From Candidatus Nanohalarchaeota archaeon (GTDB lineage: Archaea; Nanohalarchaeota; Nanosalinia; Nanosalinales; JAFCCC01), in the NCBI GenBank assembly GCA_017610385.1, contig JAFCCC010000010.1, forward strand, positions 1 to 42,590: DNA of 42,590 bases, read 5' to 3'. The position numbers and the translations under genes were made by a program. How positions within the stretch are numbered: position 1 is the stretch's first letter; each line of letters opens with the position of its first letter. The notes under the pieces were generated by a model. It had not been told where the DNA came from and made no database searches. It saw only the letters and a list, made by a program, of their open reading frames with translations. Below, piece after piece: positions 27,584-37,649 of the stretch.

Positions 27584-28279
27584 TTACCTCTTTTTCCTCC
27601 CAGTTCTTCGAGAAGCAATAGTACCAACTTTCTGACCTGGTGGTGAACTTCTTTTAACGTTCTTAGGTCTTCCAGGACTAGTACTTCCTCCAAATGGATG
27701 ATCTCTAGCATTCATTGCACCTGCAGAGGTCTTTGAATGCTTTTTACCATGTGCTTTTAATATTAATTTTCTTCTTCCAGCTTTATAATACGGCTTTTCT
27801 AATCTGCCGCCTCCACCCACTTTTCCAATTGTCGCTTTACATTTAGAGTTTAAGTCAACGAATTTTTTGGAAGGTAGTTTTACTTTAACCTTATCTCCTT
27901 GTGAGACTAATAATGCATAAGTACCTGATGCTCTGACAAATCTTCCACCATCTCCTGGCACACGTTCAATATTATAAATTGGCGTTCCTTCTGGTATATC
28001 TACTAATTTTAAAACATTCCCTATTTTTAATTCCTTTGAATTATGAATAGAGATTTTATCTCCGACCATTAGTTGTTCTGGTGCAATTATATTCAATGCA
28101 CTACCATCTTCTAGTTTTAAGTGTGCTAGCGGCGCAGTTCTGCCTGGATCTCTTATTAAATCCATTACCTCACCACTAATACTTCTTTTAGGATAGTATA
28201 CTGGACCTTTTGCTCTATGTACTGGAGCTCTCCATGTTGGTCTTCCAGTTCCTTTTCTTTGTGCCCTAATTCTTACCAT
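27584..28279 (-). CDS. rpl2: 50S ribosomal protein L2
   Basis: DPGRTAP, GDGGRFVRASG, MNARDHPFGG, GQKVG. Confidence 0.98.
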   Translation of the reverse strand: MVRIRAQRKGTGRPTWRAPVHRAKGPVYYPKRSISGEVMDLIRDPGRTAPLAHLKLEDGSALNIIAPEQLMVGDKISIHNSKELKIGNVLKLVDIPEGTPIYNIERVPGDGGRFVRASGTYALLVSQGDKVKVKLPSKKFVDLNSKCKATIGKVGGGGRLEKPYYKAGRRKLILKAHGKKHSKTSAGAMNARDHPFGGSTSPGRPKNVKRSSPPGQKVGTIASRRTGRKKR

Positions 28280-28286
28280 TTTTCAC

Positions 28287-28556
28287 CTATAACATACCTA
28301 ATTTAGTTGCAATATCTAATGCTTCGTAATCGGCAGTCAATTTGACATATGCCTTTTTTGTTCCTTTTCTTGTGATTTGCGTATTAATGTTTTGTATTTT
28401 AACATTAAACATTTCTTCGACAGTTTTTTTAATCTGTTGTTTCGTGGCTTTTAAATTTACTATGAAAACTAAGGTATTTTGTTCATCCACCAACCCCACA
28501 CTTTTTTCAGTCAGGTGCGGATATTCTACAATGTTTTCATTTACTTTTTTAGCCAT
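28287..28556 (-). CDS. rpl23: 50S ribosomal protein L23
   Basis: PHLTEKS, NTLVFIV, KKAYVKL; start 28556 or 28565. Confidence 0.96.
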   Translation of the reverse strand: MAKKVNENIVEYPHLTEKSVGLVDEQNTLVFIVNLKATKQQIKKTVEEMFNVKIQNINTQITRKGTKKAYVKLTADYEALDIATKLGML

Positions 28557-28561
28557 TTTAA

Positions 28562-29368
28562 TCACATAAATAATTTATTTTCTTTTAATGATTTGATTGC
28601 ATTTTCAGTCCAGATTACTAATCTTCCTGGTTGTGTCCCTGGAGCCAATAATTCTGCATTTAAATCTTTGACGTTAACTACTTGAACTCCTGCAATATTC
28701 TTGCAAGAGTTTATAATTCCTTGATCTTTTCCGATAGAAACTAATGGCCCAATCTTTCTTTTATACGGCCGATTTCTCATTTTTCCTTTACCGCATCTAA
28801 TTTTTTTCCTGCTGGCCCTCTCTAATTCTATTTTTAATCCCAGATTATTCAAAACATCCATTACTTCTTTAGTTTTCTTTAAGGACTCAAATTTATTGTC
28901 TAAAACCAATGGCACATTTGTTTTTTCAATATTATGTCTTTTATTCACCAAATCTAAATTTACGGATGCGGAAATTGCGCTTCTAATAGCTTTTCTTCTT
29001 TCTTTTGTATTAATTTCTTCTCTCCAGTTCTTTTCCGCTTTCGGTGGATGACTTCTTCTGCCTCCTACAGTATTTGGTGCAACTGCACCAACCCAACCAA
29101 ATCTCGTCCCTCGTCTACTTAATATTTTTCGTGGAGTTCGAGAAATACCAAAACCATAAGAGCCTCTATATGATTTTCTTCTTTTTGATAATTTAGCACT
29201 CTGTTTCATTCCTGCTTCTGGGTCACTACCGTACGCTTGTCTTTTGTGAGACTGAATTGCTAATACAGCTCTTTTAATTAAATCTTCTCGTACAGACTCA
29301 TTAAATTGTTCTGGAAGTTCTATTTCACCAGTTTCTTTCCCAGTTAAATCTAATATTTTAGCTTTCAT
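28562..29368 (-). CDS. rpl4: 50S ribosomal protein L4
   Basis: REDLIKRAV, GGRRSHPPK, LLAPGTQPGRL. Confidence 0.98.
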   Translation of the reverse strand: MKAKILDLTGKETGEIELPEQFNESVREDLIKRAVLAIQSHKRQAYGSDPEAGMKQSAKLSKRRKSYRGSYGFGISRTPRKILSRRGTRFGWVGAVAPNTVGGRRSHPPKAEKNWREEINTKERRKAIRSAISASVNLDLVNKRHNIEKTNVPLVLDNKFESLKKTKEVMDVLNNLGLKIELERASRKKIRCGKGKMRNRPYKRKIGPLVSIGKDQGIINSCKNIAGVQVVNVKDLNAELLAPGTQPGRLVIWTENAIKSLKENKLFM

Positions 29369-29376
29369 TTTTTACC

Positions 29377-30330
29377 TCATTTTAGGATATATGTAATTTC
29401 TGGAGCTTTCGCGGGTGTTATCTTTCTAATCGCAGGCCTAAATAAAATTAACCTTTTAGTAGCTCCCGGTACCGACCCTTTAATTAATACATAGTCTGAT
29501 TTAATTAACCCATAATTTTTAAAACCGCTCTTCGGTGTAATTTTTTCTGTATCATTTTCAATTAATAATAAATTTTTGTTATATTCTGTTCTTCTTGTAT
29601 ATCCCATTTGACCCATCATTGGAATTCTCCAGTCAGTATAATGCGGATGCCATGGGCCGATATTTCCTGCTTTTCTTTTGGTTTTTTCACTTTTTGGATG
29701 CAATACCTTTACTCCGTGTCTTTTTACTGGACCTTGTGTTCCCTTACCCTTTGTAACTGAAATTACGTCTAAAAAATCTCCTTTTGAGAATACATCAGAA
29801 ATCCTTAATTCTTTGCCAAAGTAATGCTTAGCTAATTCTATTTTTTCATCAAGGGAGCCGTATAACGGTATTTCAAAAACCTCTGGTTTCTTTTTTGACA
29901 AACCAGATTTTTTAGGTTGTGTATGAACTAATAATCTCAAATCAATTATTTTTTCAATATCTTTTAAAAGGGTCTCTAATTTGCCATTGCTTTTTTTTGG
30001 CGTAGAAAACTTTCTTTTCAAGTCTTTAGATAAATTCTCAACATATATTTCCCTTATCGCGTTTTGAGCAACACCGTCTGTTCCATAAGTTCTTACCCCA
30101 TAAACCATTAACGGAGGACATTCTAAAATGGTTACAGCTTCTACTTGTTCTCCTTTACCTTTCTTTTTGAGAATTCTACTCATTCCGACTTTATAACCCG
30201 CGAAACCAAGAATTTGTTTATCTTTAAAAATCGCATCGACTACGTTCAACGTGGGATAAATCCGTTTTGCCCGTTTCATAGGCTTAAATTGCAATGATCC
30301 TCTTCTAGGATGATGAAATTTTGATGACAT
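29377..30330 (-). CDS. rpl3: 50S ribosomal protein L3
   Basis: HPRRGSL, GYKVGM, TKGKGTQGPVKR, GQMGY, GSVPG. Confidence 0.98.
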   Translation of the reverse strand: MSSKFHHPRRGSLQFKPMKRAKRIYPTLNVVDAIFKDKQILGFAGYKVGMSRILKKKGKGEQVEAVTILECPPLMVYGVRTYGTDGVAQNAIREIYVENLSKDLKRKFSTPKKSNGKLETLLKDIEKIIDLRLLVHTQPKKSGLSKKKPEVFEIPLYGSLDEKIELAKHYFGKELRISDVFSKGDFLDVISVTKGKGTQGPVKRHGVKVLHPKSEKTKRKAGNIGPWHPHYTDWRIPMMGQMGYTRRTEYNKNLLLIENDTEKITPKSGFKNYGLIKSDYVLIKGSVPGATKRLILFRPAIRKITPAKAPEITYILK

Positions 30331-30972
30331 TTTTATCTTGTAGCTATAGCTTTTTGTAGTCTAAAATACTACTTTTAGTTTTTCCGGAGGCCCTCGAACA
30401 AAAGTCTGATTATTCTAAGCAACTTAAGTTTAAGTTATGTGTGGCACGGAGTCTTAGAACCTAAGACTAATCTATAACTTACAAGAAACATTTATAAAGG
30501 AATCGTCAATCTACGCAGAAATGGGTTTTTCAGTAGATAAAAATATCAGATACAATTTTTCTTCTTTGATTTCTACCCTTTGGATCACGAGATAAATTCC
30601 AACTAATGGACCATTTTTTGCAACCTTAATGGACGCTGACTTTATTTTTGAAAGATATTTCTTTGGAACTTCTAACCACAAATGTTAATTCAAAGAGTAA
30701 GATATAAGTTTCATCATGAGGTCTACGGGGTGTTTGAGGCTCCACAGCCTTTAAATTTCTAGGTTGTTTTAAGTTATTTATCACCACACTAAATTTTACA
30801 GTGTGTATTTGTTCTATTTTTGTTTTTAGTGGATTAGTGATGCGGATGTTTTATAGTTTAATTTGTTTTAACAGTTTTTTTATTTGATAAATATCCATAA
30901 TTTAATTTATCTTTATTCAAATAAACATTTTTCGTTCAAACCTTTATTTAACCTGTAATTTAATTATGCAAT

Positions 30973-31458
30973 ATGAAGCGAGTGAAACTTGCAATTAAAA
31001 CCGGCTTTGGTTTTGGGATAACTTCCGCAGTTATAACCACTTTAGGTTTAATGATTGGTCTGAATGCTGGAACAAATTCTAAATTAGTGGTTATTGGAGG
31101 TATTTTAACAATAGCTATTGCAGACGCATTTTCAGATGCTTTAGGAATTCATATTTCAGAAGAATCTGACAAGAAGAATACAGAAAAACAAGTTTGGGCC
31201 GCAACTTTATCAGCGTTCATTTCAAAATTACTTTTTGCCTTAACTTTCTTAATTCCTTTATTACTCACAAACCTTACAACCGCGATTTTTATCAATATTG
31301 GATGGGGCCTTTTACTTTTAGGAGTTTTTTCTTATTTAATGGCTAAGACAAGAGCTGAAAATCCGTTTAAAGTAGTAGGAGAACATTTATCAATTGCATT
31401 CTTAGTCATTATAATAACTCATTATTTTGGTCTGTGGATTGCTACTTTGTTTGCCTAA
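30973..31458 (+). CDS. VIT1/CCC1-like membrane transporter
   Basis: FGITSAVITTLG, IAIADAFSDALGIHISEE; ~5 TM. Confidence 0.82.
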   Translation: MKRVKLAIKTGFGFGITSAVITTLGLMIGLNAGTNSKLVVIGGILTIAIADAFSDALGIHISEESDKKNTEKQVWAATLSAFISKLLFALTFLIPLLLTNLTTAIFINIGWGLLLLGVFSYLMAKTRAENPFKVVGEHLSIAFLVIIITHYFGLWIATLFA

Positions 31459-31631
31459 GCGCCAAAATCCAAAATCAAATTGGATTTTTCCTGAGCTTTC
31501 ATTTTTTTGATACACTCTTTATGAGCATGACCTTCTTCGGTTTCTACTGTGCTTTCGCGGTCAATGAAAGAATCGTAAATTAAATTACCACAAATAAAGC
31601 ATCTTCCTAGAGAAATTAAATTATTTGTCAT
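31455..31631 (-). CDS. 58-aa CxxC...HxxC Zn-finger microprotein (not in ORF track)
   Basis: MTNNLISLGRCFICGNLIYDSFIDRESTVETEEGHAHKECIKKMKAQEKSNLILDFGA. Confidence 0.7.
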   Translation of the reverse strand: MTNNLISLGRCFICGNLIYDSFIDRESTVETEEGHAHKECIKKMKAQEKSNLILDFGA

Positions 31632-31848
31632 TCTTAATCACAATATACTATTTGTGATTCTTTTTTATAAGCAAACTCGTACACGAATATTTAGTTGAAA
31701 ATATGGAGATTCCTTTACCGAAATATATAAAAAAGACTAAACTGTTAAGTTATAAATCCCAGAACTCGGATATATACGGTAGTTTATAAAGCTCCGACTA
31801 TACGGACTGTTCTATGCATATAAACACATGTTCATACTTTTAACTCTC

Positions 31849-32943
31849 TCATTTCATTTTTCTTTTTACTCTTTTTTGAGCTAATTCCATTGCAGCAACT
31901 CTCGGGCAAATTTTATTTTTTTTAGCCAAGTTCAAAACCGCTTTTGTATTTTTGGTGATTTTTTCTTCAACCATTTTAAACATTTGTTCTGGTTTTCCAC
32001 CAATATACTCTACATAAGATGAAATTACTCCTCCCGCATTTGCTACAAAATCTGGAATAACTAAAACACCTTTTTTGTGCAATTTTTGCTCAGTCTCTAG
32101 ATCCATTGGTATATTAGAACCCTCTACAATTAATTTCGCTTTTATTTTTTTTACATCTTTCTTTGAAATCAGATCTGGAATCGCCGCAGTAACTAAAACG
32201 TCACACTTAACTGAAATGATTTTTTTATTGGAAAGAACAATTGCTTTCGGATATTTTATTACAGTTCTTTGTTCTTTCTTCACTTTTGCAAGTGTTTCAA
32301 AATTCAAGCCATCTTTTTTATAGACCACGCCTTTTGAGTCTGAAACAGCAACAAGTTTACATCCTTTTTCACTTAAAAATTTGGCCACAAACCAACCAAC
32401 ATTTCCGAAACCTTCAATTGCGACGCGCATTTTTTTAGGATCTAATCCTAAATGTTTCATCGCAATTAACGCGGAATGATATACTCCAAATCCTGTGCTT
32501 CCTACTTCATGAGGAATACCGCCCATTTTTTTGGGTTTGCCAGTACATGCTTTTTTTGATCCATTGGCTTTAGAAAACCACTCCATTTCCTGTTCAGCGA
32601 TATTCATGTCCGGTGCCGAAACATATAATTTAGGAACAACAATCTTCAAAGCTCTTGAAAAGGATTCCACTATCTCTTTTTTCTTCTTCAAATTAAAAGT
32701 ATGTGAATCAGCAATAATTCCGGATTTAGCTCCTCCAAAGGGCAAATCCGCCAGAGCACACTTCCACGTCATGGCCCGCGCCAATCTAGAAACTTCCTCA
32801 ATAGAAACTGTAGGAGTCATTCTTATACCTCCTTTTCCAGGACCTCGTTTTGTGTTATCAATTACAACAAAACCGCGCATGCCAACTTTGGGGTCATACA
32901 CTTCAATTATTTTTTCTGGACCAAATTCATCAAAATTCACCAT
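31849..32943 (-). CDS. gdhA: Glu/Leu/Phe/Val dehydrogenase
   Basis: GPGKGGIR, MTWK, GGAKSGI, APDM, EGFGNVG, PDFVANAGGV. Confidence 0.93.
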   Translation of the reverse strand: MVNFDEFGPEKIIEVYDPKVGMRGFVVIDNTKRGPGKGGIRMTPTVSIEEVSRLARAMTWKCALADLPFGGAKSGIIADSHTFNLKKKKEIVESFSRALKIVVPKLYVSAPDMNIAEQEMEWFSKANGSKKACTGKPKKMGGIPHEVGSTGFGVYHSALIAMKHLGLDPKKMRVAIEGFGNVGWFVAKFLSEKGCKLVAVSDSKGVVYKKDGLNFETLAKVKKEQRTVIKYPKAIVLSNKKIISVKCDVLVTAAIPDLISKKDVKKIKAKLIVEGSNIPMDLETEQKLHKKGVLVIPDFVANAGGVISSYVEYIGGKPEQMFKMVEEKITKNTKAVLNLAKKNKICPRVAAMELAQKRVKRKMK

Positions 32944-33027
32944 AAAATCCCCTTCAGACTATAATTATTTTTATCACTATATATTATCACTATTTTGATT
33001 TATTACTTTCTTGTATTTGCTTGAGTG

Positions 33028-34485
33028 CTACCCTTTAATAGAAATCAGTGGCTTAACACGAGCCACTTTTAAGGCGATACCGGAATTATGCATAACATCA
33101 ACAACATCAGTCGCATCTTTGTAGGCGCCAGGTGCCTCTTCTGAAATCCCCGAGAAACTATGACCCCGAATTATAATTCCTTTCTTTTCCAAATCTTTTA
33201 AAAGATCTTCTGCTCTCCATGTTTTTTTAGCTTGCATTCTAGACATGTTTCTTCCTGCACCATGAATCGCAGATCCAAAAGTGTCATCCATTCCTTTTTG
33301 AGTACCATGCAAAATGTATGAACAAGTACCCATAGTTCCTCCAACTAAAACTGGTTGACCGATTTTTCTATACTCTCTAGGTACTTCTTTTCTTCCAGGA
33401 CCAAACGCCCGAGTAGCACCTTTTCTTAAAACTAACAGTTCCTTATTCTTTCCATTTATAGAATGTTTTTCTAATTTTGCAGTATTATGCCCAACTTCAT
33501 AAAATGTTTCAATTTCAGTTTCATCAATTCCAAAAACTCTAGAAGTTGTTTCTCTTGCTAAATGAGCTAAAACTTGTCTATTTGCAAAAGCACAATTAGT
33601 ACCGCAATTAACCGCACTAAAATATTTTTGTCCTTCTTCGCTTTGAATGGGTGCACAAACCAATTCCCTTTCTCTAATTGGAATTTTATATTTCAAACTT
33701 GCTTCATGAAGTTCTTTCAAGTAATCTGTTCCTATCTGATGTCCTAAGGCTCGTGAGCCACAATGTAATGAAATTAAAATCTGACCTTTTTCTAACCCAT
33801 AAATCCTAGCAGCGTCTTCATCAAATATTTCGTCAACGTATTGAATTTCTAGGTAATGATTTCCAGAACCCAGCGTTCCAATTTGCTTGAATTGTCGTCT
33901 TTTAGCTAAATCACTTACAACTCCAGGATCTGAATTTTTCACTTTTCCATTATTTTCTATAAAATTCAAATCCCCTTTGATTCCATATCCCCTTTCAATA
34001 GAATATTCTGCACCTTTTACTAAAACCTCATCAATCTGATCTTTAGTTAACCTTATTTTTCCAGTAGAGCCCAATCCCGCAGGAATAGTTCTAAATAATT
34101 CTTCTGCAAAACTCTTTTTTTTCTTTTCCACGTCTTCCTTTTTTAATGTAGTTCTAAGAGTTCTGACGCCGCAATTTATGTCAAACCCAACGCCTGCAAC
34201 GCTTATAACTCCTTTTTCAATATCAAATGCACCTACACCCCCAATCGGAAAACCATACCCAGGATGAACGTCACTCATCGCCATAGCTGCTTTTTGAATT
34301 CCAGGCAAACACGCCACATTAGCAATTTGTTTTAATGCATTCCATTCTTTACCTGCTTTAAGATCGTCTACTAAATGAGCTATGATTCCTTTATTTCCAT
34401 AAATTCTTCCTGGAACCAACATATCCTCCATTTTTGGGATTTCATATACATATTCTGAAATTTTTTTTACAGTAATTTCCCCCAC
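33028..34485 (-). CDS. rtcB: RNA-splicing ligase RtcB
   Basis: DVHPGYGFPIGG, GFDINCG, GSGNHYLE, HCGSR, HNTAK, HGAGR, EEAPGAYK; GTG at 34485 is the likely start. Confidence 0.97.
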   Translation of the reverse strand: MGEITVKKISEYVYEIPKMEDMLVPGRIYGNKGIIAHLVDDLKAGKEWNALKQIANVACLPGIQKAAMAMSDVHPGYGFPIGGVGAFDIEKGVISVAGVGFDINCGVRTLRTTLKKEDVEKKKKSFAEELFRTIPAGLGSTGKIRLTKDQIDEVLVKGAEYSIERGYGIKGDLNFIENNGKVKNSDPGVVSDLAKRRQFKQIGTLGSGNHYLEIQYVDEIFDEDAARIYGLEKGQILISLHCGSRALGHQIGTDYLKELHEASLKYKIPIRERELVCAPIQSEEGQKYFSAVNCGTNCAFANRQVLAHLARETTSRVFGIDETEIETFYEVGHNTAKLEKHSINGKNKELLVLRKGATRAFGPGRKEVPREYRKIGQPVLVGGTMGTCSYILHGTQKGMDDTFGSAIHGAGRNMSRMQAKKTWRAEDLLKDLEKKGIIIRGHSFSGISEEAPGAYKDATDVVDVMHNSGIALKVARVKPLISIKG

Positions 34486-34493
34486 AATATCAC

Positions 34494-34913
34494 CTATATA
34501 TCCAATACACATCGCACATAATATTTAGTATCTCTTTTTTTAACTCTTAACCCAGAATAAGTTGCAGCTTTTACTTCAGTTTTAATTCCATGTTTGTTCT
34601 GATCTAATTTTTCTCCATATGCTTTGCCTAATAATTCCAAATGACCCCGACTATTCATTATAGTAATTTCAAACTTTGAAAATAACATGTTTTCAATGCC
34701 CGCTTTTCCCAACAATTCATTTAAAAATTCCACGAAAAGCGTTTCAATATCTCTAGCAGAACAGAATAATTTTACAGGAACTTTCGACTTAACAGTGTTT
34801 ATTTCACACATTACATTAAACATTGCTTTAGCGCCCTCTGTGAATGCTTCCTCTAAAGATATACCAATTCCTTCTATTCCAATATCTGCTTCATGTTCTA
34901 AATATCTGTACAT
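34494..34913 (-). CDS. Archease (RtcB cofactor)
   Basis: YLEHEADIG, EVKAATY, C-terminal LDI; adjacent to rtcB. Confidence 0.95.
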   Translation of the reverse strand: MYRYLEHEADIGIEGIGISLEEAFTEGAKAMFNVMCEINTVKSKVPVKLFCSARDIETLFVEFLNELLGKAGIENMLFSKFEITIMNSRGHLELLGKAYGEKLDQNKHGIKTEVKAATYSGLRVKKRDTKYYVRCVLDI

Positions 34914-34974
34914 TATTATTACATTATTTTCCGAGGTTCAGATTTATATTTCTTTATTTCCATTGATTTTTAAA

Positions 34975-35622
34975 ATGAACAAAAATGATGAAATTATATT
35001 GGTTGTGAGTCGTGAGAACTTATTTCAAGAAGGACTTTTTGAAGGATATAGACTTGCAACAGATCTCGATTATGAATCTCGCATTCTAAGGTTTTTAGAA
35101 TATAAAAGAAGAGGAAATATGGAAGGAAATGCAGAATATAAACAACCAATTCCATATATGCTGTTGATAAATAGGGTATTGAGAAAAGTTTTTGCGTATA
35201 AACGAGCTGAAAATGAAAGATATGTTGAGAAAAGATTAAAGGGGATGTGGTCTTTGGGTGTGGGTGGTCATATACAAAAAGGTGATGAATCTGATGGATC
35301 TCCGATTTGGGGTGGGCTTTTTAGAGAATTACAAGAAGAAATTAGTACCCCCCTCAAAGGAACTCCTTATGTATTAGGTTATATAAATTCTGAAGGAAAT
35401 GCGGTAGGCAAAGATCATTTTGGAATATTGTATATTGTTGAAACCGATTCTATAGAGGTTTATCCAAAGGGGTCCGAAATAGCAGAAGGTCGTTTAATGA
35501 GTTTGGAAGAACTAACACAGATTTTAACTTCTTCAGATTGTATTCTAGAGGAGTGGTCAGAGATTGCATTAGAACCCCTAAAAATTACTTTAAGAAATTC
35601 AGAGATTGTTCAACAGGAATAA
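34975..35622 (+). CDS. NUDIX-like phosphoesterase (YmaB-type)
   Basis: RRGNME..EYKQPIPY, SLGVGGHI, RELQEE, VGKDHFG, EEWS; ATG at 34975. Confidence 0.85.
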   Translation: MNKNDEIILVVSRENLFQEGLFEGYRLATDLDYESRILRFLEYKRRGNMEGNAEYKQPIPYMLLINRVLRKVFAYKRAENERYVEKRLKGMWSLGVGGHIQKGDESDGSPIWGGLFRELQEEISTPLKGTPYVLGYINSEGNAVGKDHFGILYIVETDSIEVYPKGSEIAEGRLMSLEELTQILTSSDCILEEWSEIALEPLKITLRNSEIVQQE

Positions 35623-35703
35623 ACTCTCATAGATTATATGCCCTAAAGTTCTTTAAATGAAAGATATTTAAATCAATTTTACCTTAATTTTTGTTGGGTA
35701 AAC

Positions 35704-35904
35704 ATGACTGTTTCCGGTTATTTAAAATGTAGGCATTGTGGTTCTGTTTTCGAGAGAGATTGTACAGATCCAGAAGTTACATTTTTATTAAGATTAGATA
35801 AATGTAGTAATTGTGGTAAAAGGTCGATTTACGGTTATTTTTCTGGTAGACAGGATCCTAAATTTTGGGAAAAACATCCCTCAAAATTATGGCAACTTCT
35901 TTAA
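35704..35904 (+). CDS. Small Zn-ribbon protein
   Basis: CRHCG...CSNCG, 66 aa. Confidence 0.7.
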   Translation: MTVSGYLKCRHCGSVFERDCTDPEVTFLLRLDKCSNCGKRSIYGYFSGRQDPKFWEKHPSKLWQLL

Positions 35905-36024
35905 TTTTTAGTTTAGAAAGCATAAAATTCTTGCATTGTAGAATGTGAAAAATTCTTCAATTTAAAGAATAAAAATTATTTGCTTTATACAATACATACC
36001 TATTTTATAGAATACAAATATGTT

Positions 36025-36795
36025 TTATAAAATAAAATACAAAATCACGCTTATAATTCCCATAATCCAGCAATAATACGAGAATAAATGAAATTTTCCT
36101 TCTTTAATTACGGTAATTAGATATTTTAATGCGAAATACCCGACTGCTCCTGCACAGAATGCACCAATAATCATAGGGAACCAGTTAGAGCTATGCATCT
36201 GCGGTAATTCTAAAAGTGCAGCACCTAAAATTGCAGGAATTGAAAGTAAGAATGAGAATTTTATTGCCTCTTCTTTGTTAATTTTTAGTAGTAAAGAAGA
36301 ACTTATTGTTGAGCCGCTTCTAGAAACTCCTGGAATAACTGCTATTGCCTGCGCTACTCCAATCAATATTGAATGCCACCATTTCAGTTCCTTTTTACCG
36401 ACCCATTTCTCTGAAATAAAGAGGAACGTTCCCGTAAACAATAGAGCAAGACCAACGGCCAATAAATTATAAAATAACTGTGTTATGAACGTTCTCAAAA
36501 AGAATCCAACTAATGCAATTGGAACAGATCCAAGTAGGATAAATATAGCAAGTTTTCCATATTTACTTTTAAAATTCAGAGTGAAAATCGCTTTTAAAAT
36601 TTCCAAAATATCTTTCCAGAATACAATAAAGATTACAGACAAAGTCGCCAAATGTAAAATAACATCAAAAGTGACAGTTCCTTGTAATTTAAATAAATTT
36701 TGAATTATAGCTAAGTGACCAGAACTAGAAACAGGTAACCATTCTGTAATTCCCTGAACAATTCCTAAAATAATCGCATGCCAAACCTGCAACAT
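36025..36795 (-). CDS. uppP: Undecaprenyl-diphosphate phosphatase (BacA family)
   Basis: GIVQGITEWLPVSSSGHL, PGVSRSGST, FSFLLSIP. Confidence 0.95.
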   Translation of the reverse strand: MLQVWHAIILGIVQGITEWLPVSSSGHLAIIQNLFKLQGTVTFDVILHLATLSVIFIVFWKDILEILKAIFTLNFKSKYGKLAIFILLGSVPIALVGFFLRTFITQLFYNLLAVGLALLFTGTFLFISEKWVGKKELKWWHSILIGVAQAIAVIPGVSRSGSTISSSLLLKINKEEAIKFSFLLSIPAILGAALLELPQMHSSNWFPMIIGAFCAGAVGYFALKYLITVIKEGKFHLFSYYCWIMGIISVILYFIL

Positions 36796-36862
36796 AAATT
36801 TAATTTCGTTTTAGACTTAAAGAAGATTTGCAAGTTTTTTAATATCTCTATTTGCAACGCGT

Positions 36863-36994
36863 GTATAACTTTGGGTCGTTTTAACTTTTTATTGGCCACA
36901 CAAGCACATAGCTTCGACTTAAATATAAAAAATTCACTTTAACATCCAAAAATACGGTTAACTGTATAATTGCTGCATAGAATGGTTGTTAGAC
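36863..36994 (+). other. Degenerate att-like site ending in GTTAGAC core (left cassette boundary)
   Basis: GTTAGAC (36988-36994) fits GTTRRRY, and GTTAGACGA is complementary (1 mismatch) to TCGTTTAAC at the other end of the cassette; inner palindrome poor. Confidence 0.4.
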
Positions 36995-37012
36995 GAAATT
37001 GATTTCTGGCGT

Positions 37013-37267
37013 TTATATCTTTTTATATATATTTTTTCTGTGTCCAATTAAAGTTATTTCAATTCTTTTAGAATTATTATCACTATCTGCAATCGCCCTA
37101 TAATCACCAATTCTTACTTTATAATCATTTCTATCAGTTAATCTCTCAAAAAAATGATGTGGATTTTCCTTGGTCGATATACTTTTAGCTCATATGCGTT
37201 TAGCTAAGCTCTTTTCAGCTTTTTCTAGAAAATCTAACGCTTCAGGATCAAAAATTACTTTGAACAT
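37013..37267 (-). pseudogene. RelE/ParE-family toxin with in-frame TGA at codon 26
   Basis: MFKVIFDPEALDFLEKAEKSLAKRI*AKSISTKENPHHFFERLTDRNDYKVRIGDYRAI...IGHRKNIY; RIGDYR and GHRKNIY are RelE-type motifs. Confidence 0.85.
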
Positions 37268-37507
37268 TTAAAAGCCTAGCCTCTTTCTTGCTTCTTCCTC
37301 AGTTACAAAATTACCATCTTTTATTCTTTTTCTAGCTTTTTCAATAGATTCAATTGCTTCTTTACTTAATTCAGGTTGAGTCTTAGCTTTTTTTGCAATA
37401 TATATCATTTTTTTAATTAATTCATCATAACTTTCATTTTTATATTCTCTAAACTGGTCTAACTGGTGTTTAGTATTTCCATGAACTTTAATTGTTGTAG
37501 CTTCCAT
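37268..37507 (-). CDS. Putative antitoxin (79 aa)
   Basis: MEATTIKV...ESYDELI...FVTEEEARKRLG; directly upstream of RelE; ATG at 37507. Confidence 0.8.
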   Translation of the reverse strand: MEATTIKVHGNTKHQLDQFREYKNESYDELIKKMIYIAKKAKTQPELSKEAIESIEKARKRIKDGNFVTEEEARKRLGF

Positions 37508-37649
37508 AAATCTCACCGTATACTTTAGTATATTTAAGTATATATAAATCTTTCTATTTTTTACGCCAGAAATCAACTCTCTCGCTCCGTTCGAGCCACA
37601 TTGTATTCTCGCTCCATTTTTATGCTATGCTAAAAATTCCGCTCGGGTC

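Noticed and set aside
30510-30790. Possible degraded gene on the minus strand (two offset ~50-60-codon open stretches)
   Set aside because: No recognisable motif or clear start
31680-31820. Further attC remnant upstream of the Zn-finger microprotein
   Set aside because: No convincing paired R boxes or palindrome
37190-37192. TGA-to-Trp genetic code reassignment
   Set aside because: TGA terminates conserved genes at expected positions (for example rpl18e, rps4e, rps17) and TGG is used for Trp
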